Made by a program: the position numbers and the translations under genes. A model generated the notes under the pieces. The model worked only from the letters and a program-made list of their open reading frames with translations, was not told the origin of the DNA and did not search any database. This document shows positions 52,692-63,109 of a stretch of 64,000 bases of DNA, piece by piece. The stretch is from an uncultured bacterium (lineage in GTDB: Bacteria; Patescibacteriota; Minisyncoccia; UBA6257; 2-01-FULL-56-20). Position 1 is the stretch's first letter. Every line of letters starts with the position of its first letter. The stretch is from contig CAWDZM010000001.1 of the NCBI GenBank assembly GCA_963807165.1, positions 289,521 through 353,520 on the forward strand, read 5' to 3'.

Positions 52692-52831
52692 TCGCTGCAG
52701 TAGCAAAGGCCCTCAGGATTGTCTTTGAGGGGAATCGCGGAGGCACGGAGGTGCCGAGCGTTAGGGCGCGGCTAGTAAGCCGCGACCCGTCCCCGAAAAG
52801 ATGATCCTGAGAGCTTTTGCTATTGCAGCGA
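52692..52831. repeat. Fold-back element copy C (atpG 3' end)
   Basis: Imperfect ~35-bp arms including the atpG stop, around the conserved core. Confidence 0.88.
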
Positions 52832-53755
52832 CTCTGCGCCACTTGTGATCTCGATGATCTGCCCCGTGATGGCGGCTTGACGGGACTTATTATAGACCAT
52901 CGTAAGCGTCTCCGAAAGGTCGGATGCATTATCGGAAGCGTTCTTCATCGCTACGCGCCGCGCGGAATGTTCGGAAGCATTTGCCTCGAGGATAGCGTGG
53001 TAGAGACGGATCTTTAATAATTTTGGCGCAAGCTCGTCGAGCACTTCCTTCGGCGACGGCTCGATGATATATTCTTTTACCTTGCCGTCCAAAAACGTCT
53101 CCGACTTTGCGTAGTCCGCGTAGCGGCCTGCGCGCGGGATCGTCTCCTCAATGGACTGCTTAATGGTATCGTAGCTTACCGGCAAAAAATCACGGACAAC
53201 GGGGTCTTGCCGGAGCGCGGTGACGAATGTGGTAAAGAATGCGATGACGCTGTCGAAGTCGCGGCGCGCGTATCCGTCGATCAAGAAATCCGCAATTGGC
53301 TCGGCGTCGAGAATATTACTCGCATCGCCAACGCGAGTGAACGATGCAACGACGTTCGCTTTGCGCCGCTCAAGATAGCTCTTCGCTTTTTGTCCGACGG
53401 CGATGAATGAATAGCGCGAGTCAAGGATGTCGATATTATTCGCCTTCATATATTTTTCGAACTCGCGGGTGACGGCGCCATTGAACGAACCAGCGAGGCC
53501 GCGATCGGACATCATAAGAAGGAACGCGGTGTGCTCCACCGTGCGCTTCTCAAAGATCGCAGGCACCGGCACATCCTTGAGCGACGACAAAATGCCGAGC
53601 AATTCAAGCGCAGCGTACGCGTATGGGCGCGAGGTGAGCGCGAGCTCCTGGCTCTTGCGCATCTTCGTGGCGGATACGAGCTCCATCGCCTTCGTGATCT
53701 GCCCGATATTCTGGACGCTCTTCATGCGTCGCTTGAGGCTCTGTCCGGATTCCAT
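52820..53755 (-). CDS. atpG: ATP synthase gamma
   Basis: QITKAMELVSA, SDRGLAGSFN, SEHSARRVAM, YNKSRQAAIT. Confidence 0.96.
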   Translation of the reverse strand: MESGQSLKRRMKSVQNIGQITKAMELVSATKMRKSQELALTSRPYAYAALELLGILSSLKDVPVPAIFEKRTVEHTAFLLMMSDRGLAGSFNGAVTREFEKYMKANNIDILDSRYSFIAVGQKAKSYLERRKANVVASFTRVGDASNILDAEPIADFLIDGYARRDFDSVIAFFTTFVTALRQDPVVRDFLPVSYDTIKQSIEETIPRAGRYADYAKSETFLDGKVKEYIIEPSPKEVLDELAPKLLKIRLYHAILEANASEHSARRVAMKNASDNASDLSETLTMVYNKSRQAAITGQIIEITSGAESLQ

Positions 53756-53773
53756 AGTGATCTTTGTGTGCGA

Positions 53774-55312
53774 TTATTTTACGAGGAAGTGCGTGATTGC
53801 CTCTTTTAATTTCGTTTCAGTCGCGTCTTCGAATAATCCCGTTTCGCGGATCGGTTTCAAAATATCCTCTTCGTGCAATGTATCGAGGTAATCAACCAAT
53901 TCGTTCTGCGTCTTTTTAATATCTTCCACTGCGATGTTCTCAAAATAGTTATTGAGTACGGCGTAGAAAATACAGACCTGCTTTTCTACCGGCAGCGGAT
54001 CCTGATCGTCCTGCTTGAGGATTTCATTAATCTTCTGACCCTGTAAAATTTTCTTGCGCGTCGCTTCGTCCACGTCGGTGGCGAACTGTGCAAAAGCCTG
54101 CAGCTCCCGGAACTGCGCGTGCGCGAGTTTGAGCTTGCCCGCGACTTTCTTCATCGCCTTCGTCTGCGCGGCGGAACCGACGCGCGAAACGGAGATGCCC
54201 ACGTTTAACGCCGGGCGCTGGCCCTGGTTGAAAAGATCGGTCTCTAAATAGATCTGACCATCCGTGATGGAAATGATGTTTGTCGGAATGTATGCCGTAA
54301 CGTCGCCAAGCTGTGTTTCAACAATTGGAAGCGCGGTAAGCGATCCTCCACCAAGCTCTTTAGAAAGCTTTGCCGCGCGCTCCAACAAGCGCGAGTGCAG
54401 ATAGAAGACGTCGCCCGGATATGCTTCGCGGCCCGGCGGGCGGCGGAGTAAGAGCGAGATCTGGCGATACGCCCACGCGTGCTTGGAAAGATCATCGTAG
54501 ACGATAAGCGCGTCCATGCCTTTGTCGCGGAAATATTCGCCGATTGCGGCGCCGGCATACGGCGCAAGATACCACATCGCCGCCGGTGAGCCCGCCGATG
54601 CCGAAACGATGATGCTGTACTTGAGCGAGTCGAACTTCTTCAACGTCTCGGCGATCTTTACGATCTTGGATTCCTTCTGGCCAATCGCCACATAAATACA
54701 GATCGGTGTGCGGCGGCCGGTGTCATTCTTCTGATTTAAAATAGTGTCGAGCGCGACGGCGGTCTTTCCCACCTGGCGGTCGCCGATGATGAGTTCGCGC
54801 TGGCCGCGACCGATCGGGATCAACGCATCGATCGCTTTGATGCCGGTGTGAAGCGGCGTGTTGACCGACTCGCGTTCCAAGATGCCTGGTGCACGCGCCT
54901 CGAGCGGATTGCGCTGCGGCTCCTTGCCGCCGCTTTTTCCATCTTTAAAAATCGGACCTTGCCCGTCAAGCGGCTGGCCAAGCGGATCCACCACGCGGCC
55001 GATCAGCTCATCACCTACTTGAAGCGAAAGAATATCACCCGTGCGGCGCACGGTATCGCCCACTGCGACGGAAAGAAAATCGCCGAGCACGAGGCCGCCG
55101 ATCGATTCCTCTTCCAAACTGAGCGCCAACGCCGGCCGTTCTCCATGAATGGTCTCAATGATCAACACTTCCTGGCTGACCGCGTTGCGCAAGCCAAGGA
55201 TCTTGACGATGCCGTCACCGACTTCGATGACGCGTCCAACCTCGGCCCATTCGGGCTTCTCTTTATATCCCTCGATATCCTTTTTCAATTTTTCGATTAT
55301 TTCGTATGACAT
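53774..55312 (-). CDS. atpA: ATP synthase alpha
   Basis: [40 protein letters not shown]. Confidence 0.97.
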   Translation of the reverse strand: MSYEIIEKLKKDIEGYKEKPEWAEVGRVIEVGDGIVKILGLRNAVSQEVLIIETIHGERPALALSLEEESIGGLVLGDFLSVAVGDTVRRTGDILSLQVGDELIGRVVDPLGQPLDGQGPIFKDGKSGGKEPQRNPLEARAPGILERESVNTPLHTGIKAIDALIPIGRGQRELIIGDRQVGKTAVALDTILNQKNDTGRRTPICIYVAIGQKESKIVKIAETLKKFDSLKYSIIVSASAGSPAAMWYLAPYAGAAIGEYFRDKGMDALIVYDDLSKHAWAYRQISLLLRRPPGREAYPGDVFYLHSRLLERAAKLSKELGGGSLTALPIVETQLGDVTAYIPTNIISITDGQIYLETDLFNQGQRPALNVGISVSRVGSAAQTKAMKKVAGKLKLAHAQFRELQAFAQFATDVDEATRKKILQGQKINEILKQDDQDPLPVEKQVCIFYAVLNNYFENIAVEDIKKTQNELVDYLDTLHEEDILKPIRETGLFEDATETKLKEAITHFLVK

Positions 55313-55335
55313 ATAGATAATGGTGACGACGGGCG

Positions 55336-55728
55336 TTACACGCTCGAAAACACTCTATTCAATTTATTTTTTAACGACCCGTCAAACTGCAGCTCTTCAT
55401 TCAGGGTGATCTTGACCCCCGCAATAAGACTGGGATCGATCCGCTCCTCCACCACATCCCCCGCTTTCATAAAATGCTTTATCGCATCTTTTTGTGATGC
55501 GCTCAACGCGCGCGCGGACTCGATGGTGACCTTCCGCACGCCGCTCCGGCCGCGGGCGAACCGCGACGCCTCCTCTAGTATTTTTTTAAGATGCCCCGCG
55601 TCGCCGTTCCGTTCCACCAGCTCGAGAAAGTTCTTTGCAATAACCTCGTCGCTCCTTGAGCCTGTCTTAGTGGAATCGCTCAACACTTCTACGAGCGCCT
55701 TCGCGTATATATGTGCGGGATACTTCAT
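55336..55728 (-). CDS. atpH: ATP synthase delta (short)
   Basis: YAKAL, V.I.SA..L, DPSLIAG, DGSL; operon position. Confidence 0.85.
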   Translation of the reverse strand: MKYPAHIYAKALVEVLSDSTKTGSRSDEVIAKNFLELVERNGDAGHLKKILEEASRFARGRSGVRKVTIESARALSASQKDAIKHFMKAGDVVEERIDPSLIAGVKITLNEELQFDGSLKNKLNRVFSSV

Positions 55729-56228
55729 GCCGCTCGTTGCGCCTCGCCGACCGCCTTTGCGATCAACGCGTCGTCGATCTTTTCCGGCGAGAGCTCGACG
55801 GTTCTCGTGATGGCCAGACGCACCAGCGCCGCCGCTTCCTTTTCCATCGCCCGGCGCGACTCTTCTTCTTGCGAACGCAACCGTATGGCGGTGCCCTTCA
55901 CTGCATCCTCTTCTTTGCGCTTTGCCTCGGCAAGCAGACGCTCCTCGAGCGTCTTTGCATCCAGTTCTGTCTTCTTTAAGATGCCGATCGCCTCGTTCTC
56001 GGCGTGTTTAATCTTTTCTTTGCCGATCAGATCCACCTCATGGAGCCGCTGCTCGGCCTCGTCCGCCTGCAACAATCCTTTTTCGATCTTCGCGCGCCGG
56101 TCGTGCAGTAACTTCAAAAGCGGCTTATAGACAAAGATCCGCAACACGATCAAGAGCAACGCAAAATTGACCACCTGACTGAGCAGAAGGGACCAATTGA
56201 TGCCGAGTTGATCTAACAGTTGTTGCAT
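55725..56228 (-). CDS. atpF: ATP synthase subunit b
   Basis: LGINW..L..Q.VNF..L, YKPL...L..R. Confidence 0.9.
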   Translation of the reverse strand: MQQLLDQLGINWSLLLSQVVNFALLLIVLRIFVYKPLLKLLHDRRAKIEKGLLQADEAEQRLHEVDLIGKEKIKHAENEAIGILKKTELDAKTLEERLLAEAKRKEEDAVKGTAIRLRSQEEESRRAMEKEAAALVRLAITRTVELSPEKIDDALIAKAVGEAQRAA

Positions 56229-56270
56229 GAATTGTTTTTTCTCTATAACCCATTACCGCACGACGACGGA

Positions 56271-56522
<252 letters not shown>

Positions 56523-56568
56523 TTATTTTTTAATGATTATTTCGACCGTTTATAATTTTCTTCGTACA

Positions 56569-57315
56569 TTAGTGGCCAGCATTCTCCCCTTCGTGAGGAG
56601 TGACCGCCAATGAGACGAATACGAGGGTGAGCATTCCGAAAATGAATGCTTGAATGAATCCGACGAATATTTCCAAAAACATAAATGGGAGCGGAACGAG
56701 ATAAGGCGCCAGAAGCGCCATGATCGCGAGCAGCACCTCGCCGGCGAACACATTACCGAAAAGACGGAACGTGAACGAGATAATTCTAGCAAATTCTGAG
56801 ATAAGCTCAAGTATGCCCACGAAAAACTTAAGCGGACTGCTGAAGTTGAAAAATACTGAAAAACGCGCGCGCAATCCCATCGCGGCGATGCCAAAAAAAT
56901 TTATCATCGTAACCGCGATGAGCGCGAGCGCCAACGTGAAGTTGATGTCGCTTGCGGGCGAACGAAGCAACGGCACCGCATCCGCGCCATGGCCGATCAC
57001 AATAGACCCCACCCCCGGCACCAAGCCGAACCAGTTCGAAAACAATACAAAAAGAAAAATTGTGAACACGAGCGGAAGATATTTTTCCGACGTCTTACGG
57101 TTGCCCAGCACCGAATCCATCAGGCCGAGCGCGCCTTCAATCACCAGCTCAACGACGTTCTGCAGCATGCCGGGAACCATTTTTATTTTATTCCTCAGCG
57201 TGATGGAAAGAATAGTAAGCACCACCAACACCAAAAACGCGAGAAGTACCGCGTTCGTCACCGGCCATGAGCCGATGGAAAAAATATTCTCCGCCCTGAG
57301 CGAAATGTTCAACAT
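56569..57315 (-). CDS. atpB: ATP synthase subunit a
   Basis: NWFGLVPG, RSPASDIN, FRLFGNVFAGE, FIQAFIF. Confidence 0.95.
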   Translation of the reverse strand: MLNISLRAENIFSIGSWPVTNAVLLAFLVLVVLTILSITLRNKIKMVPGMLQNVVELVIEGALGLMDSVLGNRKTSEKYLPLVFTIFLFVLFSNWFGLVPGVGSIVIGHGADAVPLLRSPASDINFTLALALIAVTMINFFGIAAMGLRARFSVFFNFSSPLKFFVGILELISEFARIISFTFRLFGNVFAGEVLLAIMALLAPYLVPLPFMFLEIFVGFIQAFIFGMLTLVFVSLAVTPHEGENAGH

Positions 57316-57354
57316 ACAGGGAAATGATAGCAAAAATGGAGTGATTTTGCCAAT

Positions 57355-58341
57355 CTACTCTGCCAGGCACTGATTGAACGCCTCCACTTCCGTATTATAG
57401 GTATCGATCGCCGTCTTTGTCTCTGTGGCAAGGTTGTTATATTGCGCGGCGAGATTATTGTAATCCTCCACCGCCGCGTTATAGTCCGGACCAGATTGCG
57501 GGGACATCGCATCGATAGCGACCTTGTCGGACTGGAGCTGTGCCGCCATCGTGTTTATCTGATTTTCGGAAAGATTGATCGTGATCTGAAGATTCGCATC
57601 CGGCGATGAACAATCGGATGCAGGCCTGCCGAAGATCTGTACCGCGATCCACGTCTCGGCGCCCTGAAACATCCCCTCGCGCACGGCGACGCCGATCTGC
57701 GTGTAATGCGTGTTTAAGATATTCGCGCGATGACCCGGACTATTCATCCACGCCATGACGACGCCGGCGTCGCCGGCATACGATCCGAGCGCAAGGTTCT
57801 CGCCGAGCGCAAGATGCGCGTACCCAACACTGCTCGCCACGGTAAGCGCGCTCTCTCCTTGCGGACCAACGTGCGCAAAATATTGTTGCTGAAAAAGATC
57901 ATCAATGCGCAACGTGGCAATGGCATCAAGCGTCGGGCTCTCGGCAAGCGCGCGCAGATTGCCATTCTGCGCGCGTTGAAGATTCGTCTGCGTAATCACC
58001 CCCGCAGTCGTAAGCGCATTCGATTTTTTTGCCGTCGCCTTCGGCGCTTGTTGTAACGGCGATGGTGCGGAAAAATTTTGCGCGAGTTGGTTGCCTACTG
58101 AATTTTCAATGGAGTTCTCAAATGGGGCAATACCTTGTAGTGATAATGAAAAAGTTTTTTGAAGATACCATGTGGCAAAGCCAACAACGATCACTACGCC
58201 AGCGATGACCGCAAGGCGCCGCTTCGCCATTTTTTTTCGCGCGGCGGAAACCACATGCGCCGGCCGCGCCTCATCCGGCGGCGGAACCGGCGGTTCATGG
58301 GGCGATGGCGGCAAAACGTGTGGAGTGTTTTCGGTGGTCAT
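57355..58341 (-). CDS. CAP (SCP) domain membrane-anchored protein
   Basis: TN..R, YFAH, GENLA, WMNSPGHRANIL. Confidence 0.88.
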   Translation of the reverse strand: MTTENTPHVLPPSPHEPPVPPPDEARPAHVVSAARKKMAKRRLAVIAGVVIVVGFATWYLQKTFSLSLQGIAPFENSIENSVGNQLAQNFSAPSPLQQAPKATAKKSNALTTAGVITQTNLQRAQNGNLRALAESPTLDAIATLRIDDLFQQQYFAHVGPQGESALTVASSVGYAHLALGENLALGSYAGDAGVVMAWMNSPGHRANILNTHYTQIGVAVREGMFQGAETWIAVQIFGRPASDCSSPDANLQITINLSENQINTMAAQLQSDKVAIDAMSPQSGPDYNAAVEDYNNLAAQYNNLATETKTAIDTYNTEVEAFNQCLAE

Positions 58342-58362
58342 CGAACACCCGCTCGCGCGGAA

Positions 58363-59271
58363 TTAGTTTTTCAAATAGCGTCGCACGGCCCAAAAACTGG
58401 AGAGTCCGCCGATAACGACGCCGAAGAGCAATTCATAGATGAACAGCTGGATGATATGCGTATAAAAATATTGGAAGATATTCAATCCCGGAATAAATTC
58501 GTTCAAGTAGGGCGAGATGAAAAAGAGCGTCGGCGCAAAGACAATAATACTCACCAATGCCGCGATCAATCCCCATATCATACCTTCCACCACAAACGGT
58601 CCACGCACCAAGCTGTTGGAGGCGCCTACCACGCGCATCACGCCGATCTCATCACGGTTAGAATAGATGGCAAGGCGAATCGTATTAAACATCACAAGCC
58701 CCGCGACAAGCGCGAGGAAGATCGTCATGATCCATCCGCCGATCGAAACGTCGCGCACGATCGCGGCAAGCCGGTTGATCACATCCTGATTCTGCGTATA
58801 GCTGATGGTGTCTATGTAAGAGGAAAGATCCGGTGAGCTCAGGTAGCTATTGATCGCGCCATACTGGCTGGGATCCTTCGCCTTGATATTGAGCGATGCC
58901 TCAAGCGGATTGGTATCGAGCTCGTTGATCGCTTGGCTAACCGTCGCATCATTCGCATGATTCTGCTGGAAGGTCGCGAGCGCCTGATCCTGAGAAATAT
59001 AATCCACGCTCGCCACCTGCGAAAGTCCCTCGAGTGATTGCTGGATATTTAAGATCTCATCCTCCGACGTATTGGTATTGAAATAGACGCTGATGTCGAT
59101 CTTGTCCTGGATGGCGGATGCCGCCGCGTGCGTGACAACGCCGAAGATGATGAGTCCAAGAAATCCGATGGACGCGAGCGTCATGATGGCAATCGTCGCA
59201 GTGGACAGCCAGCCGTTGCGCCAGAAATTTTTGAAGCCAAAATGGAAAATTCTTGAAATAATAGTGAACAT
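58363..59271 (-). CDS. ftsX: Cell division permease FtsX
   Basis: KNFWRN, NPL.ASL, NTIRLAI..R.EI..MR.VGA, PF.VEG. Confidence 0.92.
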   Translation of the reverse strand: MFTIISRIFHFGFKNFWRNGWLSTATIAIMTLASIGFLGLIIFGVVTHAAASAIQDKIDISVYFNTNTSEDEILNIQQSLEGLSQVASVDYISQDQALATFQQNHANDATVSQAINELDTNPLEASLNIKAKDPSQYGAINSYLSSPDLSSYIDTISYTQNQDVINRLAAIVRDVSIGGWIMTIFLALVAGLVMFNTIRLAIYSNRDEIGVMRVVGASNSLVRGPFVVEGMIWGLIAALVSIIVFAPTLFFISPYLNEFIPGLNIFQYFYTHIIQLFIYELLFGVVIGGLSSFWAVRRYLKN

Positions 59272-59297
59272 TGGATTTGGATATTGGTACTTGATTT

Positions 59298-59981
59298 TTA
59301 GACCAAAATATATTTCCCTTTCTTTTCGTCTCTGATCAGACGACCCTTATCTAAGGTTATCACTCTCCGCTCAAGATTGTTAATGACCTCCTTATCGTGC
59401 GTCGCAAGCACTACGGTAGTACCCAACTGATTGATCTTTTCGAGCAGTTTGATGATCTCGAATGTGTGGAACGGATCAAGGTTGCCCGTGGGCTCATCGG
59501 CGATCACCACTTCGGGGCGATGGATCATGGCGCGGGCGATGGCGACGCGCTGGCGTTCGCCGCCGGAAAGTTCATGGGGAAAATTCTTCATCTTATCCCC
59601 CAATCCCACCATGTCGAGCACCTGCGGCACAAGCTCCGCGATCTCACGCTGTGGCCGTCCGGCCACTTCGAGCGCGAAAGCAACGTTCTCATACGCCGTC
59701 TTTGTCGGCAACAACCGGAAATCCTGGAACACGACGCCGATATGGCGCCGGAATGCGGGCAGTTCGTTATCCTGTAACTTATTTACCTCATACTGTCCAA
59801 AAAATACCCGCCCCTTGGAGGGTTTTTCTTCCCCGATCAACAATTTTATAATAGTGGACTTTCCAGCGCCGGAGCGACCCGCAAGAGAAACGAATTCTCC
59901 CGGGTCAATTTGAAAGTTTACGTCCTCGAGCGCGACCCCATGGCCCGTGTAATGTTTGGAAACTCCTTGAAAAACAATCAC
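59298..59981 (-). CDS. ftsE: Cell division ATPase FtsE
   Basis: GRSGAGKST, VFQDFRLL, LSGGERQRVAIARA, ADEPTGNLD; upstream of ftsX. Confidence 0.93.
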   Translation of the reverse strand: MIVFQGVSKHYTGHGVALEDVNFQIDPGEFVSLAGRSGAGKSTIIKLLIGEEKPSKGRVFFGQYEVNKLQDNELPAFRRHIGVVFQDFRLLPTKTAYENVAFALEVAGRPQREIAELVPQVLDMVGLGDKMKNFPHELSGGERQRVAIARAMIHRPEVVIADEPTGNLDPFHTFEIIKLLEKINQLGTTVVLATHDKEVINNLERRVITLDKGRLIRDEKKGKYILV

Positions 59982-60012
59982 GTATCTAATGATACACTAT
60001 TTTTGAAAAATA

Positions 60013-60411
60013 TTACACGTTCACTTTTTTCTCCAACTTACCTACGCGAAGATCGAGACCATCGACATTGGCGCGAGTGCTCCGCTCGTTGATGCTTATT
60101 TCCTTGCGGGTATCCTTTAGCTCCGAAGAGGCTTTTTCAAAACTCCTATCCATCTTTTCAAATCGCGCGTCCATCTTATCAAATCGTATATCTACTTTTT
60201 TAAACCTTTCATTCATCTGCTTGGCGGCGGCCTCAAAACTCTTCTCCACCATAATCGCCAAACCACCGATGGCGGCATCGATTTTTGTATCTATTTTTGC
60301 TTCGATTCTGGTTTCGATCCTTGTCGCGAATTCGCTCAATGTTTCTATAAGTGTTTCTCGAAGAACCCCTCTCGTCATGACATCACTATCATTATTATTT
60401 TTTATTTTCAT
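60013..60411 (-). CDS. Heptad-repeat coiled-coil protein
   Basis: RFKKVDI-RFDKMDA-RFEKMDR repeats. Confidence 0.7.
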   Translation of the reverse strand: MKIKNNNDSDVMTRGVLRETLIETLSEFATRIETRIEAKIDTKIDAAIGGLAIMVEKSFEAAAKQMNERFKKVDIRFDKMDARFEKMDRSFEKASSELKDTRKEISINERSTRANVDGLDLRVGKLEKKVNV

Positions 60412-60418
60412 ACCAATA

Positions 60419-60470
60419 AGGATAGTCCGCATAAAACAAAAGTCAAAAACTTTTTAAGGAAAATTTAATG
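60419..60470 (-). promoter_or_regulatory. Promoter with CATTAAA motif
   Basis: CATTAAA-N17-TTGACT-N16-TATCCT, ATG 7 nt downstream. Confidence 0.6.
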
Positions 60471-61512
60471 TTATTTTTCGGACGCTTTTCGCTCCGCCAT
60501 CGCCTCGATAAACATATCAAGATTTCCCGCGAGAACATCATCCACGCGCGAAGTTTCGACGTCGGTGCGATGGTCTTTCACCATCTGATATGGGTTCAAC
60601 ACGTATGAACGAATCTGATTCCCCCACTCGGGCTTGACCTTCGTGCGCAATGCGCCGACCTCCTCCACTTTTTCCTGCTCCATCAACTGAAATAGCCGCG
60701 CCTTCAAAATTTTCAGCGCAAACTCACGATTCTGTTGCTGACTGCGTTGCGCACGCGAGCTGATCGCTATGCCAGTGGGAATATGCACCACGCGCACGGC
60801 GGTCTCCACCTTGTTCACGTTCTGACCGCCCGGCCCGCCGGCGCGCGAGAATTCAAACCGCAGGTCGGCTTCCGGAATTTGCAACTTCGATTCGTCGGGT
60901 ACGGGAAGATCGGGCACCACTTCCACGAGCGCAAACGACGTTTCGCGCGAATGCTTTGCGTTGAACGGCGAGATGCGCACCAGGCGATGCACCCCCTGCT
61001 CATTCTTTAAATAACCGTAGGCGTACGCGCCGCTGATCTCGATGGTATACGATCGCGGATTATCATCCACCAAGCGCGTCTTCCATCCACGCAGTTTTGC
61101 GTAGCCTTCATACATCTCGCCCAGCATGCGCGCCCAATCTTCCGCGTCTTCGCCGCCCGCGCCGGGATAGATCGCAAGCACCGCAGACTGTTTATCATAG
61201 CGGGCAATAAAAAGCTGAGTCAGTTCAAACTCACGGAACTTTCGTTTTGTCTCGTGAAAGCTATTTTCATCAAACTGCAGTTTAAGCGCATCGAGCGCGG
61301 TGCGGATGTCATTATACTTTGAAACAACTTCACTCAGCTCGCCGAGCTCGCGGATCTTTATATCCGCATTCTGGCGATCACCCCAAAAATCAGCGGATGC
61401 CATTTCCGCCGTCAGCAGTGCGATCTTTTTTTCTTTGTCCGCGAGGTCAAAGACGCTCGCCCAACCGGCGAGCTTCGGCGTCTAATTCGTTAAGCGGTTC
61501 GGTGTAGTCCAT
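60471..61512 (-). CDS. prfB: Peptide chain release factor 2 with programmed +1 frameshift
   Basis: ORF0 [21 protein letters not shown] then CTT TGA C at 61446-61452; SPF and GGQ motifs. Confidence 0.95.
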
Positions 61513-61518
61513 TAATGG

Positions 61519-61797
61519 TTAAAAATTACTTTTTTCATCACGACGATATCGATCTCCCGTAAAGGTAAACCTGAGGTCAGGACCTTTATCCGCGCGCGGG
61601 AGCACTGCTTCATAGATCCAATCCTCATCATCAATGTATCGCCCATCGCCGATGCTGGTAAGTCGACGCTTCACTACCTTTTTTTGAAAAGGTCTCCGAT
61701 CATCGAAACACTCTGCCGACGCTATAACAACCCCTTCCCGGTCAAAATTAAACTCGCCCTGCTCTTGCCTATCGGGGATAACCTCATGATGGTTCAT
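61519..61797 (-). CDS. Hypothetical protein
   Basis: 92 aa; TATAAT 6 nt before the ATG. Confidence 0.55.
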   Translation of the reverse strand: MNHHEVIPDRQEQGEFNFDREGVVIASAECFDDRRPFQKKVVKRRLTSIGDGRYIDDEDWIYEAVLPRADKGPDLRFTFTGDRYRRDEKSNF

Positions 61798-61839
61798 ATC
61801 ACTATTATAATACGTTTTCGCAACACTACATCATTTCTG

Positions 61840-61912
61840 AGCCACCTCCCGGATTTGAACCGGGGACCTTTGCTTTACGAAAGCACTGCTCTACCAACTG
61901 AGCTAAGGTGGC
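61840..61912 (-). tRNA. tRNA-Thr(CGT)
   Basis: GCCACCTTAGCTCAG...TTCGTAA...GGTTCAAATCC cloverleaf. Confidence 0.95.
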
Positions 61913-62014
61913 ATCCGCGACACGCGAGCGGCATCGCTATCTCAAGAAAATATAGCGAAAAAATGAGGATTGCGCAATAAGAAGTAGACCTTATAAAAAT
62001 TTACATATGCAAAG

Positions 62015-62101
62015 CGGTGAGGGTGGGATTTGAACCCACGGTACCCTTTCAGGTACACCGCATTTCGAGTGCGGCGCCTTCGACCACTCAGCCACCTCAC
62101 C
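62015..62101 (-). tRNA. tRNA-Ser(CGA)
   Basis: CCGCA-CTCGAAA-TGCGG with a long variable arm. Confidence 0.95.
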
Positions 62102-62214
62102 GCTTTGCATGTGTGTCACTCTATGGTTACAGAAATGCGACGCTATTTCAAGTATTAAAACGAAGGAAAGCGCTGTCTCCGAAGAAACAGCGCTTTTTGA
62201 GGTGAACGAGGAAA

Positions 62215-62559
62215 TCAATCCCCATCGACGGAGTTGGGGGCTTGTCGCATCGGGCTGGCGGGGGCACGTCCGAATTGGAGCACACAGCAGGGGTAGCAGA
62301 CCCTGGCGTGTGCCATGATCTGTTCGACTTGATGGACGGGGAGAGAGCGCTTTTCGCGTGGGCTCATCTCATGGTATTCCTTGACCCTATCCCCTAACTC
62401 GGTATCGGGACAGGCAAAATCTGTTGATTGGGGCGTTCTTGTTCCAGTCGGAATCATAGTGATCCCGACGCCGTTGGCGATAGCTAAACTTAAAACTCCC
62501 ATGGGGGTTCCTCGATTAGTAGAATGAGCTTCCTCACCTCGGTTAAGGTGTCGAAGCAA
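62215..62559 (-). CDS. Orphan hypothetical protein
   Basis: 114 aa with C...H...CxxC residues; start uncertain. Confidence 0.4.
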   Translation of the reverse strand: MLRHLNRGEEAHSTNRGTPMGVLSLAIANGVGITMIPTGTRTPQSTDFACPDTELGDRVKEYHEMSPREKRSLPVHQVEQIMAHARVCYPCCVLQFGRAPASPMRQAPNSVDGD

Positions 62560-62601
62560 CTTCCATTACCATACCACTCCTGTAAAAAAAGAAAAGTCTT
62601 T

Positions 62602-62716
62602 GTGCCCTCGGGGAGAATCGCCCGCGACTCAAATGCTCGTCGCCGCTCGCATTTGGTCTGGGCACCGCCTCACAAGATTTTTCTGCTGAAAAATCTTGCT
62701 CCGGCGTTCGATTCTC
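62602..62716. repeat. Duplicated tRNA-Arg 3' end (19 bp) plus hairpin cassette
   Basis: gtgccctcggggagaatcg 62602-62620 = 62844-62862; caagatttttc-tgct-gaaaaatcttg hairpin. Confidence 0.85.
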
Positions 62717-62727
62717 ACATCAATAAT

Positions 62728-62845
62728 ACCGTGAGGAGAGGCACACTCTTTTGAAAGTATTTCGGAGCCGCGAAGGCGGCGAGAATAAGTGCGCGGCCAG
62801 TAGGCCGCGACACGTCTTTCAAAAGAGCGTACCTCTCCTCACGGT
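62728..62845. repeat. Fold-back element copy B (tRNA-Arg 3' end)
   Basis: 30-bp arms with 2 mismatches around the conserved core. Confidence 0.88.
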
Positions 62846-62916
62846 GCCCTCGGGGAGAATCGAACTCTCATTTTATCCTTAGGACGGATTTGTTCTATCC
62901 ATTGAACTACGAGGGC
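62845..62916 (-). tRNA. tRNA-Arg(CCT)
   Basis: GCCCTCGTAGTTCAATGGATAGAAC...GTCCTAA...GTTCGATTC..CGAGGGCA. Confidence 0.92.
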
Positions 62917-62996
62917 GTTGAACAAACTATAGATGATTGACGCAAGGGCTGCAATATATATAGAATGAGTGACAGGCGTGACGAATTGTTATGCAC

Positions 62997-63067
62997 GGGC
63001 CCATAGTAAAATGGTATTACGCCTCCATGGCATGGAGGAGGTTGGGGTTCGATTCCCCATGGGTCCA
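62997..63067 (+). tRNA. tRNA-Ala(GGC)
   Basis: CCTCC-ATGGCAT-GGAGG; G3.U70. Confidence 0.93.
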
Positions 63068-63109
63068 CAGGAATTTATTTACGGATAAGTAATTCTCTGG
63101 TATACTGGC

